DNA from: a virus
IMG/VR virus record: IMGVR_UViG_3300029305_004819
Span: 1 to 48,758 of that record
Length of the DNA: 48,758 nt
Direction: 5' to 3' (one strand)
Shown here: piece after piece, positions 37,962 to 48,378 of the stretch
Position numbering within the stretch: position 1 is the stretch's first letter
Layout: every line of letters begins with the position of its first letter
Made by a program: the position numbers and the translations under genes
The notes under the pieces: model-generated
Seen by the model: only the letters and a program-made list of their open reading frames with translations
What the model was told of the DNA's origin: nothing
Databases searched by the model: none

Positions 37962-40315
37962 CAGTTGACGAGTTACAAGTCTTGATAACCGCTAATACTA
38001 AATCACTACAAAAAGAGATAGCTAAAACTAACTCGACAGTAGCTAGCCTTAAAAAGTCGGCTGATAAAACCCAAAGCGGGGTAATGTCGGCTTTTAAAAA
38101 GTTAAAAACTGGTATCGTAGCCTTAGGTATTGGTAAAGTTATCAAAGACAGTATACAGCTGGGTATGGACGCTATTGAGAGCGATAACTTATTTGAGGTA
38201 TCAATGGGTAATATGGCTGATAGCGTTAGAGACTGGAGCGAGGAGGTAGGTAATGCCTTAGGGCTAAGTGCTACCGAAATGCGTAAAAACGTTGGTACTA
38301 TTTATAATATGACAACCTCAATGGGTCTCGCTGAGGATAACGCCTTAAAGATGTCTAAAGGGGTAACACTCTTAGCCAACGATATGGCGTCTTTTTATAA
38401 TTTAAGTACTGACGAGGCGTTTAGTAAAATAAATGCTGGTCTTACTGGAGAAACTGAGCCACTAAAAAGACTTGGTATTCTAGTAGACGAAAATACAATA
38501 AAACAAGTTGCATATCAACAAGGAATAGCCCAAACGGGTAGCGAGTTGACGCAACAACAAAAAGTACTAGCTCGTTATGTAGCAATTTTACAACAAACGG
38601 GTAACGCTCAAGGAGACTTGGCTAGAACTTTAGACAGCCCAAGTAACCAGTTAAGACAATTAAAGAGCCAAGTACAACAACTAGGTATAACTTTTGGTAG
38701 CTTTTTTATGCCTATTTTACAAGCTGTAATACCTTATGTTACGGCTTTTGCTAAAGTTATCACATACGCCCTAAATAGTTTATCTAAATTTTTAGGGTTA
38801 AAATCTACTAACGCAAGTAACGAAACAGCTAAAGTAAGTAGTAATATCGGTGCTGTTGGTAGCGGTTTAGACGACGCCAATAAATCGGCTAAAAAGTTAA
38901 AAAGTACGCTTGCTGGGTTTGACGAAATGAACGTCTTACAAGACAACTCTAGTGATAGTGGCTCTAGCGGTGGCGGAGGTGCTACTGGTGGGGATATTGG
39001 TTTTGACTTAAGCGAGTATGACGCTGGCTTAGACCAAATCAATAGTAAAGTAGATACAATAGTTGAAAATATGAAAAACGCATTTTCAACCGTTGGAGAT
39101 GTGATTAAGTCAATATGGAATAGCGAGCCAATACAAGCGTGGGCGGGAGCTGTTACAACTTACGCTCAGTTTATATTTGATTATTGGTCTACTTTAGGTG
39201 GTAGTTTTGTAGAAAATATGCTATTAACTTGGTCTAATATCGAGTTAAACGTTGGTACAACTATCGCCAATATGACTGAGTTATGGACTACTTTTTGGAC
39301 TGATATACAAGCTGGTATCGAAACTTGGGGACAACCTATAATTGACGGAGTTACTGGTGTATTTAATTCTATATGGAAAGACGCTATTAACCCAGCCGTT
39401 ACTCAAATGAGTGAAATATGGGCTGATTTTAGTAAAATATTAGTTGACTTATGGAACGAACACGGTAAACCGTTAATAGATAATATAGGACAGTTTGCTA
39501 CTAATATAATAGCTTTATTCCAAAGTATATGGGATAACGTTATCGAGCCGATAATTACACCTTTTTTAGAAATGTTATCGTGGTTATGGGATAAACATTT
39601 AAAAGGTATGGTTACCGAGCTAGGTAATTTTATTGGTAAATTAGTAAATGGTGCTTTAGAAATATGGAATAAATTTATCCACCCAATTATTACTTGGATA
39701 TTAGAAAAATTACAACCAGTTATCGACGTAGTAGGCTCGTTTATTATTAACGTACTAGGTACTGTTTTTGGTGTTATTAGCGACGTAGTCGGTGGAGTAC
39801 TAAAAGCTCTAGGCGGAGTAGTTGATTTTATTGTTGGCGTATTTACTGGTAACTGGAAAAAAGCGTGGGACGGTATCAAATCGGTATTTAGTGGAATATG
39901 GGACGCAATACTTGGCGTATTAAAAGGTGTAGTTAATTTAATTATCGACGCTTTAAACTTTTTCATAAAAGCCATAAATAAAATAGGGTTTGATGTACCA
40001 GACTGGGTACCAGTTATTGGAGGTAAACGTTGGGGCTTTAATATCCCTACAATACCAAAATTGGCTCAAGGTGGTATCGTTGATAAACCAACTTACGCTA
40101 TGATAGGAGAGGCTGGTAAAGAGGCTGTAATGCCACTAGAACGTAATACGGGCTGGATAGACCAGTTAGCTGAAAAACTAGGTAATAAAATAGGCGGAGG
40201 TAGTACACCAATACAATTAGTTGTAAAAATTGGAGAGGATACTATCTTAGATAAATTTATTGAGGGTATGAAAGATAAGGACTTTGAAACTAACGGGGAG
40301 GTGTTTAGTTTATGA
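37958..40315 (+). CDS. Tape measure protein
   Basis: 785 aa with coiled-coil N-terminus, hydrophobic regions and repeated W-rich segments; tail operon position. Confidence 0.92.
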   Translation: MTVDELQVLITANTKSLQKEIAKTNSTVASLKKSADKTQSGVMSAFKKLKTGIVALGIGKVIKDSIQLGMDAIESDNLFEVSMGNMADSVRDWSEEVGNALGLSATEMRKNVGTIYNMTTSMGLAEDNALKMSKGVTLLANDMASFYNLSTDEAFSKINAGLTGETEPLKRLGILVDENTIKQVAYQQGIAQTGSELTQQQKVLARYVAILQQTGNAQGDLARTLDSPSNQLRQLKSQVQQLGITFGSFFMPILQAVIPYVTAFAKVITYALNSLSKFLGLKSTNASNETAKVSSNIGAVGSGLDDANKSAKKLKSTLAGFDEMNVLQDNSSDSGSSGGGGATGGDIGFDLSEYDAGLDQINSKVDTIVENMKNAFSTVGDVIKSIWNSEPIQAWAGAVTTYAQFIFDYWSTLGGSFVENMLLTWSNIELNVGTTIANMTELWTTFWTDIQAGIETWGQPIIDGVTGVFNSIWKDAINPAVTQMSEIWADFSKILVDLWNEHGKPLIDNIGQFATNIIALFQSIWDNVIEPIITPFLEMLSWLWDKHLKGMVTELGNFIGKLVNGALEIWNKFIHPIITWILEKLQPVIDVVGSFIINVLGTVFGVISDVVGGVLKALGGVVDFIVGVFTGNWKKAWDGIKSVFSGIWDAILGVLKGVVNLIIDALNFFIKAINKIGFDVPDWVPVIGGKRWGFNIPTIPKLAQGGIVDKPTYAMIGEAGKEAVMPLERNTGWIDQLAEKLGNKIGGGSTPIQLVVKIGEDTILDKFIEGMKDKDFETNGEVFSL

Positions 40316-40686
40316 TTTATGACGGAGATTTAATTAAAATCAACGGTACAGTAATACCCGCTATTGTTAATTATAAAGTGGGTCGTAATAAACTATGGAA
40401 AGACGCCGACCGTAATATGGCTGGAGATGTAAGAGCTGTACTTATTGGTATATATCCAAAAATAGAGCTTAATATAGGTGTTACCACTCAAGAGCAAATG
40501 GCAACGCTAACTCAATTACTCGACCAAGATTATTTTGAGGTCGAGTATTTTGATGTTAGAGTACAAGACACCACAACGGCTAAGTACTACGCTGGCGATT
40601 ATGCTAACGAAATACTAAATAAATCAAAAGGTTTATATAAGCCTTTTAGTGTATCTTTGATACCAGTATCTAAAAGGAGGTATTAA
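40312..40686 (+). CDS. Distal tail-region protein
   Basis: Position after the tape measure protein. Confidence 0.5.
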   Translation: MIYDGDLIKINGTVIPAIVNYKVGRNKLWKDADRNMAGDVRAVLIGIYPKIELNIGVTTQEQMATLTQLLDQDYFEVEYFDVRVQDTTTAKYYAGDYANEILNKSKGLYKPFSVSLIPVSKRRY

Positions 40687-40688
40687 GT

Positions 40689-42653
40689 ATGATAGTTGTA
40701 AGTAATGATTTTAAAACAGCTATGACACAACCAGTAAAAGAGTTACAAGCCTACTTGGATATTGGAGGTAACGCTATAAGGAGCGAGGACGATTTAATAT
40801 CGTTTAAAATTAGTTGCGATAGCGGTATGTGTAAAACGGCTATGAGAAAAATTGAGGCTAAATATTTAGGAGAGCATAACTTACTAGGTCAATGGGTACA
40901 CGCTGGTTTTGGTGTTAAGCTATCTAGCGGTGCCTTTGAGTACCTAGATTATGGCTCTTTTTTAGTAACGGAAATAACAACCGTTAAAGATACTGGAGTA
41001 ACTACAATAGTAGGATACGATAAAATGATAAACGCTATGAAAGAGTATACTAAACTAGATATTGAGTATCCAATAGACTTATACACATATACACAAAAAC
41101 TATGTAATGCGTGTAATTTAGAGTTGGGTAATACTAGCTTTTCTACCCATAATAATTGGGAAATTACCCAAGAACTATGGGAAAATATAGACGGTATAAC
41201 TTATAGAGATATTTTAGTACAAATCGCCCAAGTTACAGCTAGTACTTGTATTATAAGTAACGACGATAAAGTATACTTTAAATCTATAAATACTACTGGA
41301 GAACAACTTACTTACGATAATATGAAAAAATTAAAACTCGAGCCAATATATGGCGAGATAAATAGCGTAGTTTTAGCTCGTACTCCTCAAGAGGATAATA
41401 TTTATATGAAAGACGAGGAGAGCATACAAAACAACGGGCTGACCGAGTACAAAATCGAAAACAACCAAATTATAGATAGAGACCGTGATAACGCTATGAC
41501 GCCTATTTATACCGCTTTACACGGTATAAGTTATTATCCGTTTGAAACAACAACGGAGGGCTTGGGCTGGTATGAGATAGCCGATAATTTTAGTATTATA
41601 AATGATACTGGAGATGTATTTAACACATCTCTATTTAATTTTAATATCACTATTGACGGAGCTGTTAAAGAGATATTAAAAACAGTAGCTAATACTAAAA
41701 CCCAAACTCAATACCAATATGCTACTACAATAGGTAAACGTGTAAAAAATACGGAAATTATAGTCGACAAACAAGGTCAAAATATCGAGCAATTAGTTAC
41801 CGATATGTATGAGGAGGACGGCGTAATACACGAAAATTTTACAAAAGTTTATCAAGATATAGATAACATAGTAAACTCCGTACAAAATAGCGGTGGAGCT
41901 AACTTAATAAAAAACTCGGTTATGTTTGCTTATGATACTGACGGAAACCCAAATAATTGGGATACGGAGGGTAGCGGTACGCTACTAATAAGTGCAAGTG
42001 CTGAGGCTATGGCAAATGGTGGACTAAGCGGACACGTTTTTGTTTTAAACGATAAGACTGTTAAACAAACAGTAAGAGTTAAAGCTAGTAGCGATAACGA
42101 CAGTAACAAAGTTTATTATACGTTTAGTACTAGAATAAAGAAAAACGCAACGGGTAGCTGTTACGTTAAATTGTATAACGATATTGACGAGCATATAATC
42201 GAAATACCTATCGGCGAGAGTGTATTTTATAAAGAGTATACGTTACAAGCATTATTACCTAAAAGTGATTATTATATAATCGAGTTTTACGGTAGTGCTG
42301 ATAGCGACGCTACATTTACCGATAATATGCTATCGGTAGGGGAATATAAAACACAATGGCAACAAGCGAGTGGCGAGGTTATGAATACTCAAGTTAATAT
42401 CAATTTAGACGGTGTTTTAATTAAGTCTAGCGTATATCTTGGCGATTATACAGTAATGTCTCCTTTAGAGTTTGCTGGATATTCTACTATAAATGGTACT
42501 ATAACCAAAGTATTTAGTTTAAATAAAGATACTACTTTAGTCAAAAAGTTGGAGGCTGAGGACGAGGTTAAAATGTATCCTATTAAAATAGTGCCTATTA
42601 CTACTGGCGACTTACAAGGCTGGGCGTTTGTGCCTAGTAGTAAGGGGGTGTAG
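40689..42653 (+). CDS. Tail protein/phage minor structural protein
   Basis: 654 aa; YGSFLVTEITTVKDTGVTTIVGYDKMINAMKEYTKLDIEYPIDLYTYTQKLCNACNLELGNTSF typical of siphophage tail proteins. Confidence 0.75.
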   Translation: MIVVSNDFKTAMTQPVKELQAYLDIGGNAIRSEDDLISFKISCDSGMCKTAMRKIEAKYLGEHNLLGQWVHAGFGVKLSSGAFEYLDYGSFLVTEITTVKDTGVTTIVGYDKMINAMKEYTKLDIEYPIDLYTYTQKLCNACNLELGNTSFSTHNNWEITQELWENIDGITYRDILVQIAQVTASTCIISNDDKVYFKSINTTGEQLTYDNMKKLKLEPIYGEINSVVLARTPQEDNIYMKDEESIQNNGLTEYKIENNQIIDRDRDNAMTPIYTALHGISYYPFETTTEGLGWYEIADNFSIINDTGDVFNTSLFNFNITIDGAVKEILKTVANTKTQTQYQYATTIGKRVKNTEIIVDKQGQNIEQLVTDMYEEDGVIHENFTKVYQDIDNIVNSVQNSGGANLIKNSVMFAYDTDGNPNNWDTEGSGTLLISASAEAMANGGLSGHVFVLNDKTVKQTVRVKASSDNDSNKVYYTFSTRIKKNATGSCYVKLYNDIDEHIIEIPIGESVFYKEYTLQALLPKSDYYIIEFYGSADSDATFTDNMLSVGEYKTQWQQASGEVMNTQVNINLDGVLIKSSVYLGDYTVMSPLEFAGYSTINGTITKVFSLNKDTTLVKKLEAEDEVKMYPIKIVPITTGDLQGWAFVPSSKGV

Positions 42654-42656
42654 GAT

Positions 42657-44321
42657 ATGGCGTTAAGTGGTAGTTTTGATACTAATAAATATGGCGGTCA
42701 TAGAGGTTTACGTTTTAGTTGGACTGGTAGCCAAAGTATAAGCGGTAATTATACTGATGTTAGCTGGTCTTTAAAAGGTATCGGTAGTACTGGTAGTGGT
42801 TACTATACGAGCGGTAATTTTAAAGTTGTAATCGACGGGGAAACAGTTTACTCCTCTAGTACACGTAGGGAACTATGGGACGGTACTTTAGTAGCAAGTG
42901 GAACTAAACGTATATATCATAACGGAGACGGTACGAGGTCGTTTAGTGCAAGTGCTGAGGCTGGTATCTATACTATTGCTGTAAACTGTACTGGTAGCGG
43001 TAGCTGGACGTTAAACACAATACCGAGATACGCCAATATAACAAGTTTTAGCGTAAGTAAGAGAGACGAGACAAGCGTTACTTATAGTTTTAGTGCTGAC
43101 GCCAGTTGCGACTGGGCTAGATATTCTTTAGATAATGCTAATTGGTATGATTTACCTAATAATGGCGTTGTAAGTGGTTTAAAAGCCAATACTCCGTATA
43201 CGTTTTATTTAGCTTTAAGACGAACTGATAGCGGGTTATGGAGTTATAGCAACGGAGTACCGCAAACAACCTACGACTATCCAAAACCTACAAGCGTTAA
43301 TGATTTTACTATTGGCGACGGTGCAAGCGTTAATTTATACAACCCTTTAAATAGAAATGTTACGCTCGATATTATTAGTAATAATAACGGCGGTGTAATA
43401 GGTACTTATAGCGGTACCTACGCTGGTGTAGTCAATGGAGAATTTAAAACGACCGACGCTATCAATAAACAATATGCTAGTATACCCAACTCTAACGAGG
43501 GTACATACTACGCTAGGGTTACGTATGGTAGCTCGGTTAAGACGCTGGGTACTGGTAAATATTATACTAACATATCAAATTGTAGCCCTAGTTTTAGTAG
43601 TTTTAATGTTAAAGACAGCAACGACAAGACAGTAAATATAACTGGTAATAACCAACTGTTTATAAAAGGATACAGTAATTTATACGTTACTATACCAAGC
43701 GGTAATAAAATGACAACTCAAAAAAGTGCCACAGCTAAAAGTTACGGTTTAAGTTGCGACACGTTAAATAAATCGGCTGATTATAGTACAAGCGACGTAA
43801 ATGTCGATATGGGTACTATTAACAACAGCGGAACGCTAAGAGTAAATGTAAGAGCATACGATAGCCGTAATAATAGTGCTTTAGCGTATAAAGATATAAC
43901 GGTTTATGATTATGCTAAACCAGTAATAAATGCTAGTATAACCCGACTTAATAACTTTGAAAATCAAACAACAATTAAAATTGCTGGTACTTATACTAGA
44001 TTAACTATTGGAAACGTTGATAAAAATACAGTTACCAGCGTTAAGTATAGATACCGTGAGACTGGGGGGACTTGGTCTAGCTGGACGTCTTTAAGTACAA
44101 GTGCTAGCGAGGGTAAATTTACTTGTAGTGATGTAATACTATCGTTAGATAATACAAAGTCGTTTGAGTTTGAAATACAAGCGGTCGATAACTTAGATAG
44201 TATTACAAAAAGTGCAACACTCGATATAGGACAAGCAATATTTTTTATTAGTAGTAATAAAAAGACTTGTTATATCAACGGTCAAGAGATTTTAATGTAC
44301 GACGTAGTCGACGAGTGGTAA
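42657..44321 (+). CDS. Tail structural protein with Ig/fibronectin-like domains
   Basis: SFDTNKYGGHRGLRFSWTGSQSISGNYTDVSWSLKGIG; beta-sandwich-like repeats. Confidence 0.7.
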   Translation: MALSGSFDTNKYGGHRGLRFSWTGSQSISGNYTDVSWSLKGIGSTGSGYYTSGNFKVVIDGETVYSSSTRRELWDGTLVASGTKRIYHNGDGTRSFSASAEAGIYTIAVNCTGSGSWTLNTIPRYANITSFSVSKRDETSVTYSFSADASCDWARYSLDNANWYDLPNNGVVSGLKANTPYTFYLALRRTDSGLWSYSNGVPQTTYDYPKPTSVNDFTIGDGASVNLYNPLNRNVTLDIISNNNGGVIGTYSGTYAGVVNGEFKTTDAINKQYASIPNSNEGTYYARVTYGSSVKTLGTGKYYTNISNCSPSFSSFNVKDSNDKTVNITGNNQLFIKGYSNLYVTIPSGNKMTTQKSATAKSYGLSCDTLNKSADYSTSDVNVDMGTINNSGTLRVNVRAYDSRNNSALAYKDITVYDYAKPVINASITRLNNFENQTTIKIAGTYTRLTIGNVDKNTVTSVKYRYRETGGTWSSWTSLSTSASEGKFTCSDVILSLDNTKSFEFEIQAVDNLDSITKSATLDIGQAIFFISSNKKTCYINGQEILMYDVVDEW

Positions 44322-44334
44322 AGGAGGTAAAATT

Positions 44335-44506
<172 letters not shown>

Positions 44507-44514
<8 letters not shown>

Positions 44515-44911
44515 ATCGATTAAACTAAAGGATAATACATATTGGGATAGTAAATCAATTAGTTATAAGCATACCGATTTAGAAACAACTATCGACAATA
44601 TAAAAGCTAGTATACCGATTAAAACAAGTCAACTATCCAACGATAGTGGTTATATAACAACAAACCACTTACCCACAATGTACGCTTTTAATACTGGCTC
44701 GTCGGGGAGTGCTGGTTTAGAGGAGTTTAAAAAACATATCGTAAATAATGCTCCTCAAGGCTTTAGTTGGTGGTATATAGGTATAAACGGAGCTGTTAGT
44801 TGTGCTTTAGTACAAAAAGCAAGTAATAGCTATTTGAGTTTTTTACATTTTTCTTATGCGGTAAATCTTATCCAATATAGGTATCTAGCGGGGACTTGGT
44901 ATACATCTTAG
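44507..44911 (+). CDS. Short tail fibre/appendage protein 1
   Basis: MAKSIKLKDNTYWDSKSI N-terminus shared with 45474 ORF. Confidence 0.6.
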
Positions 44912-44944
44912 TTTTTATCAATAAACTCTAACAAAAATAGATAA

Positions 44945-45454
44945 ATGAGTAAAAGTATACAATTAAAAAATATAAATAATGAAAAAATGTATCCACACCC
45001 ATATTTTCCAGTTGGGAGTATTTATCTTAGTGTAGTAAATATTAACCCGACTAAATGGTTTGGCGGTACTTGGGAGCTAATATCTCAAGGTCGTACTTTG
45101 GTGGGTGTAGATACTAACGACGCTGATTTTAACACAGTAAAGAAAACTGGAGGAGCTAAGACACATTTACATAGTACGGGAAATTGTACTTTAACAGTAG
45201 AACAAATACCAACACACCGACACGACGGTATTTATGAATATTTTAGCGATATTCAAATATCTAATCGTGGAGACGGTGGCGGAGGCTGGAATACAGTAAA
45301 CATATCGCAAGTTGATTGGAACCAAACGGGTGCTTATACTTATCTTTATACTGGTAATACTGGAGGAGGTAAAGCTCATAATCACGGTAATACTGGTAGT
45401 ACAAGTAATATCCAACCATATTTTACGTGTTATATATGGTGTCGTACAGCTTAA
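44945..45454 (+). CDS. Short tail fibre protein 2 (collar-like domain)
   Basis: MSKSIQLKN..YFPVGSIYLSVVNINPTKWFGGTWELI..PYFTCYIWCRTA. Confidence 0.75.
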   Translation: MSKSIQLKNINNEKMYPHPYFPVGSIYLSVVNINPTKWFGGTWELISQGRTLVGVDTNDADFNTVKKTGGAKTHLHSTGNCTLTVEQIPTHRHDGIYEYFSDIQISNRGDGGGGWNTVNISQVDWNQTGAYTYLYTGNTGGGKAHNHGNTGSTSNIQPYFTCYIWCRTA

Positions 45455-45473
45455 ATGATAAGTCATATTTTAT

Positions 45474-45989
45474 ATGGCTCAAAGTATAAAATTAAAAAAT
45501 AATACATATTGGGATAGTAAAGGTATCACTCACAATAAAAAGTTGTTGAGTGATATTTTATATCCAGTAGGCTCAATTTATATGAGCGTAGACAGTACAA
45601 GCCCAGCTACGCTGTTCGGCGGTACTTGGACTAAAATAGAGGGTAGGTTTTTGTGGGCTACTGGTAGTACACCAAAAGTAATGGGAGGCTCGAGAACTAC
45701 CGATAGCCCCAATACTAATACGACGGGGTCAACTGTATTGACGGAGAGCCAATTACCATATATTGACGGTGCCGTCGCTGGTGTATTAACTTATGGTAGT
45801 AACGGTAGCGGGCATTTTTCAGCAAACAAAGAAAACCCCGTAAATGGTGCTAGTGGCTCAACTAATCACTGGTCGACCATTAAGTTTGCCTTTGGTGGTA
45901 ATGCGGGACACACCCACACATTAAACTCCCATACACATACATATATGCCACCGTATTTTGAGGTGTATATGTGGTATAGAACAGCGTAA
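45474..45989 (+). CDS. Short tail fibre protein 3 (collar-like domain)
   Basis: MAQSIKLKNNTYWDSKGI..LYPVGSIYMSVDSTSPATLFGGTWTKI..PPYFEVYMWYRTA. Confidence 0.75.
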   Translation: MAQSIKLKNNTYWDSKGITHNKKLLSDILYPVGSIYMSVDSTSPATLFGGTWTKIEGRFLWATGSTPKVMGGSRTTDSPNTNTTGSTVLTESQLPYIDGAVAGVLTYGSNGSGHFSANKENPVNGASGSTNHWSTIKFAFGGNAGHTHTLNSHTHTYMPPYFEVYMWYRTA

Positions 45990-46007
45990 AAAATAAGGAG
46001 GGAATAT

Positions 46008-46409
46008 ATGAAAAGTTTTATAAATTTTATAACTGGTACGGTATTAACTGGAATAGTATATCTCTTAGGAGGCTGGGATATTGCTTTACAAACACTTTTA
46101 ATAGTTATAGTAATCGACTATATTAGTGGGATATGTAAAGCAATATATAAAAAGAAATTAAACAGTAAAGTAGGTATAAAAGGTATTATTAAAAAGTTTG
46201 CTTATTTACTTACAGTAGCTTTAGCTGTTGAGGTAGACCAAATTATGGGTAATACTGGAGCAATACGTACTTTAGTTATTTATTTCTTTGTAGCCAATGA
46301 CGGTATATCTATTATTGAAAACTTAGGAGGTATGGGGGTACCGTTACCCAATAAATTAAAAGAGGTCTTGGAACAGTTGAGAGACGATAATAACCCTAAA
46401 AATGGGTAA
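46008..46409 (+). CDS. Holin (toxin secretion/phage lysis family)
   Basis: MKSFINFITGTVLTGIVYLLGGWDIALQTLLIVIVIDYISGICKAIYKKKLNSKVGIKGIIKK. Confidence 0.9.
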   Translation: MKSFINFITGTVLTGIVYLLGGWDIALQTLLIVIVIDYISGICKAIYKKKLNSKVGIKGIIKKFAYLLTVALAVEVDQIMGNTGAIRTLVIYFFVANDGISIIENLGGMGVPLPNKLKEVLEQLRDDNNPKNG

Positions 46410-46434
46410 TCAAATTATATTAGTTAAATAATAG

Positions 46435-46464
46435 AAACGCCTTAAAATCGATTTTAGGGCGTTT
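46435..46464. terminator. Hairpin AAACGCC..GGCGTTT
   Basis: Long inverted repeat followed by short T-rich sequence. Confidence 0.5.
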
Positions 46465-46491
46465 AAATTTTTCCAAAAGGAGGTAAAAAGT

Positions 46492-46608
46492 ATGGAAAAT
46501 TTAGAAATTCAAACAACTTTTAATACGGATAGTATTGACGTCCTAGTTGAGGACGGAGTAGTAGAAAATTTAGAGGAGGTGGCTGTCAATGAAAATGAGA
46601 ACGAGTAA
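46492..46608 (+). CDS. Very small acidic ORF overlapping the lysin start
   Basis: MENLEIQTTFNTDSIDVLVEDGVVENLEEVAVNENENE* with RBS; stop overlaps the 46589 ORF. Confidence 0.4.
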   Translation: MENLEIQTTFNTDSIDVLVEDGVVENLEEVAVNENENE

Positions 46609-47428
46609 ACCAAGTGCGGGTAATAAATTTTATATAACAAAATCTAAAGGCGGGTACTCTACTTGTATACAAGGTAGCCCAACTGATAAAGACTGTAATG
46701 TATTAGCTAACTGTGTTGGTTATGCTTGTGGTCGATTTAATGAAATTATAGGGTCTATGAAATACCCTAGCTTAAATTGTAACGCCGAAAACTTTATCGA
46801 AAGAGCTAAAAATACATACGGTTTAGAAATATCTAACGTACCTACTTTAGGTGGTATTATGGTATGGCAAAAAGGTAACACTCTAAGCGGTAACGACGGA
46901 GCGGGACACGTGGCTATTGTTGAAAGAATAGACAGCACTAATCAAATATACACTAGCGAGAGTGGTTACGGCTCAAGTGCTTTTTGGAATAGTGTAAGAA
47001 CTAATAACAATGGACGCTGGGGCTTAGGTAGTGGATACATTTTTAGAGGCTGTATCGTAAACCCAGCTATTGGAAAAGTTACAGCTCCAATAGAGCCTAA
47101 ACCTACTAAGTCAATAGACGAGGTAGCTAAAGATGTTATCGCTGGTAAATATGGAAACTATCCTGAAAGAAAAGAAAAATTAGAAGCTGAGGGATACAAC
47201 TATAACGAGGTACAAGCTAGAGTAAACGAAATTATGGACGCAAATAAACCAGCTCCTAAACCTAGCGTAGATATTTTAGAGTTAGTACGTAAAACAATTA
47301 GAGGAGACTTTGGTAATGGAGACGCTAGAAAAAAAGCTCTAGGGTCTAATTATGCTGAGGTACAAAGACAAGTAAATCTAAACGTTAAAAACGGTACTAC
47401 ACGCTGGGATAACATTAAATTATATTAA
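46589..47428 (+). CDS. Endolysin: CHAP amidase/peptidase with two C-terminal CPL7 cell-wall-binding repeats
   Basis: CNVLANCVGYACGRFNE..GAGHVAIVERI..; SIDEVAKDVIAGKYGNYPERKEKLEAEGYNYNEVQARVNEI and ILELVRKTIRGDFGNGDARKKALGSNYAEVQRQVN. Confidence 0.88.
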   Translation: MKMRTSKPSAGNKFYITKSKGGYSTCIQGSPTDKDCNVLANCVGYACGRFNEIIGSMKYPSLNCNAENFIERAKNTYGLEISNVPTLGGIMVWQKGNTLSGNDGAGHVAIVERIDSTNQIYTSESGYGSSAFWNSVRTNNNGRWGLGSGYIFRGCIVNPAIGKVTAPIEPKPTKSIDEVAKDVIAGKYGNYPERKEKLEAEGYNYNEVQARVNEIMDANKPAPKPSVDILELVRKTIRGDFGNGDARKKALGSNYAEVQRQVNLNVKNGTTRWDNIKLY

Positions 47429-47436
47429 AATTAAAA

Positions 47437-47466
47437 GCGAGACTTAAACGGTCTCGCTCTTTTTTT
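47437..47466 (+). terminator. Intrinsic terminator after endolysin
   Basis: GCGAGAC-ttaaacg-GTCTCGC-TCTTTTTTT. Confidence 0.8.
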
Positions 47467-47470
47467 ATGC

Positions 47471-47866
47471 CTATTTACACAAATCTTTTAAAACTTGAGC
47501 TTGCGTCTCGGTAAGCCTATTATTTAGTTTTGCTAAATTTATTAACGCTATGGCGTTATCTCGTCTTGATATAGGTTTACCACGTTGGTAATATTCTACT
47601 ACCTCCTCAAACACATAATAGGGTACATTAAACTCCTTTTTAACATCTTCGATAGCCGTTTGATATGCGAGTATTAACTCGTCTTTTTGCATATCTCCTA
47701 CCAAATCTATTATAGTATCAAATTGTACTATTTGCTCCTCAGTTAAGGTTTTAAAAAAATCATACGTTAATTTAGTGTAGGCATTTTCTTTGGTTATATA
47801 CTCTTTATTTTCTTTTAGAGAGGCTGTACCCTCATTTACTCTATCGAGTATAAAATCGTTATCCAC
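47471..47866 (-). CDS. Hypothetical lysogenic-module protein
   Basis: 131 aa, antisense to late operon, paired with a divergent HTH gene. Confidence 0.5.
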   Translation of the reverse strand: MDNDFILDRVNEGTASLKENKEYITKENAYTKLTYDFFKTLTEEQIVQFDTIIDLVGDMQKDELILAYQTAIEDVKKEFNVPYYVFEEVVEYYQRGKPISRRDNAIALINLAKLNNRLTETQAQVLKDLCK

Positions 47867-47984
47867 TTTACCACCACCTTTTTATCTTGACAAATTATAT
47901 CAATTTTTAACAAAAACATCAAGTATCTCGAGATTTTATGATATTTACTTAGATATTTGCCATAATAAAATATGAGGTGGGAAA

Positions 47985-48224
47985 ATGCTAGGGACAATAT
48001 TAAGAAATGTTAGAAAAATGAGAGGGCTTACACAAAGTCAACTTGGTAAAAAATTGAGCCTTGCTGAGAATACTATATCTAATTATGAAACCGAACACAG
48101 TAACCCAAACTTTGATATGATTTATAAATTTTTGGGAGTATGCGATTTTGAGATACAATTAGTTGATAAAAAGAGTAATAAGGTGTATAATATTAAAGAA
48201 ATATCTAAAGAAATGGACTTTTAA
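47985..48224 (+). CDS. XRE family transcriptional regulator
   Basis: MRGLTQSQLGKKLSLAENTISNYETEHSNPNFDMIYKF. Confidence 0.85.
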   Translation: MLGTILRNVRKMRGLTQSQLGKKLSLAENTISNYETEHSNPNFDMIYKFLGVCDFEIQLVDKKSNKVYNIKEISKEMDF

Positions 48225-48238
48225 CTGTATTTTATTTT

Positions 48239-48260
48239 ACGACTGTACTACGGCTGTAAC
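48239..48260. promoter_or_regulatory. Putative arm-type integrase sites, prophage right end
   Basis: ACGACTGTACTACGGCTGTAAC, variant of 14428-14450. Confidence 0.5.
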
Positions 48261-48326
48261 CAAAAAAATTAAGATTTACGAAACGTTGATATATCAACGT
48301 TTTTATTGTTTGTAATCAAAAAAGTA

Positions 48327-48343
48327 TCTTACCCCCGCAACCA
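48327..48343. repeat. Right attachment core of prophage
   Basis: TCTTACCCCCGCAACCA, identical to 14288-14304. Confidence 0.85.
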
Positions 48344-48349
48344 CGTCGC

Positions 48350-48378
48350 AGTTAGCTAAAAGGCTAGCTGCTTTTTTT
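48350..48378 (+). terminator. Hairpin plus T-tract downstream of the right att copy
   Basis: GCAGTTAGCT-aaaagg-CTAGCTGC-TTTTTTT. Confidence 0.7.

Noticed and set aside
39403-39975. 190 aa minus-strand ORF inside the tape measure gene
   Set aside because: Antisense shadow ORF of a clearly coding gene, with no RBS or family features.
43435-43635. 66 aa + strand ORF inside the 42657-44321 tail gene
   Set aside because: Low-complexity product in an alternative frame of an intact long ORF.
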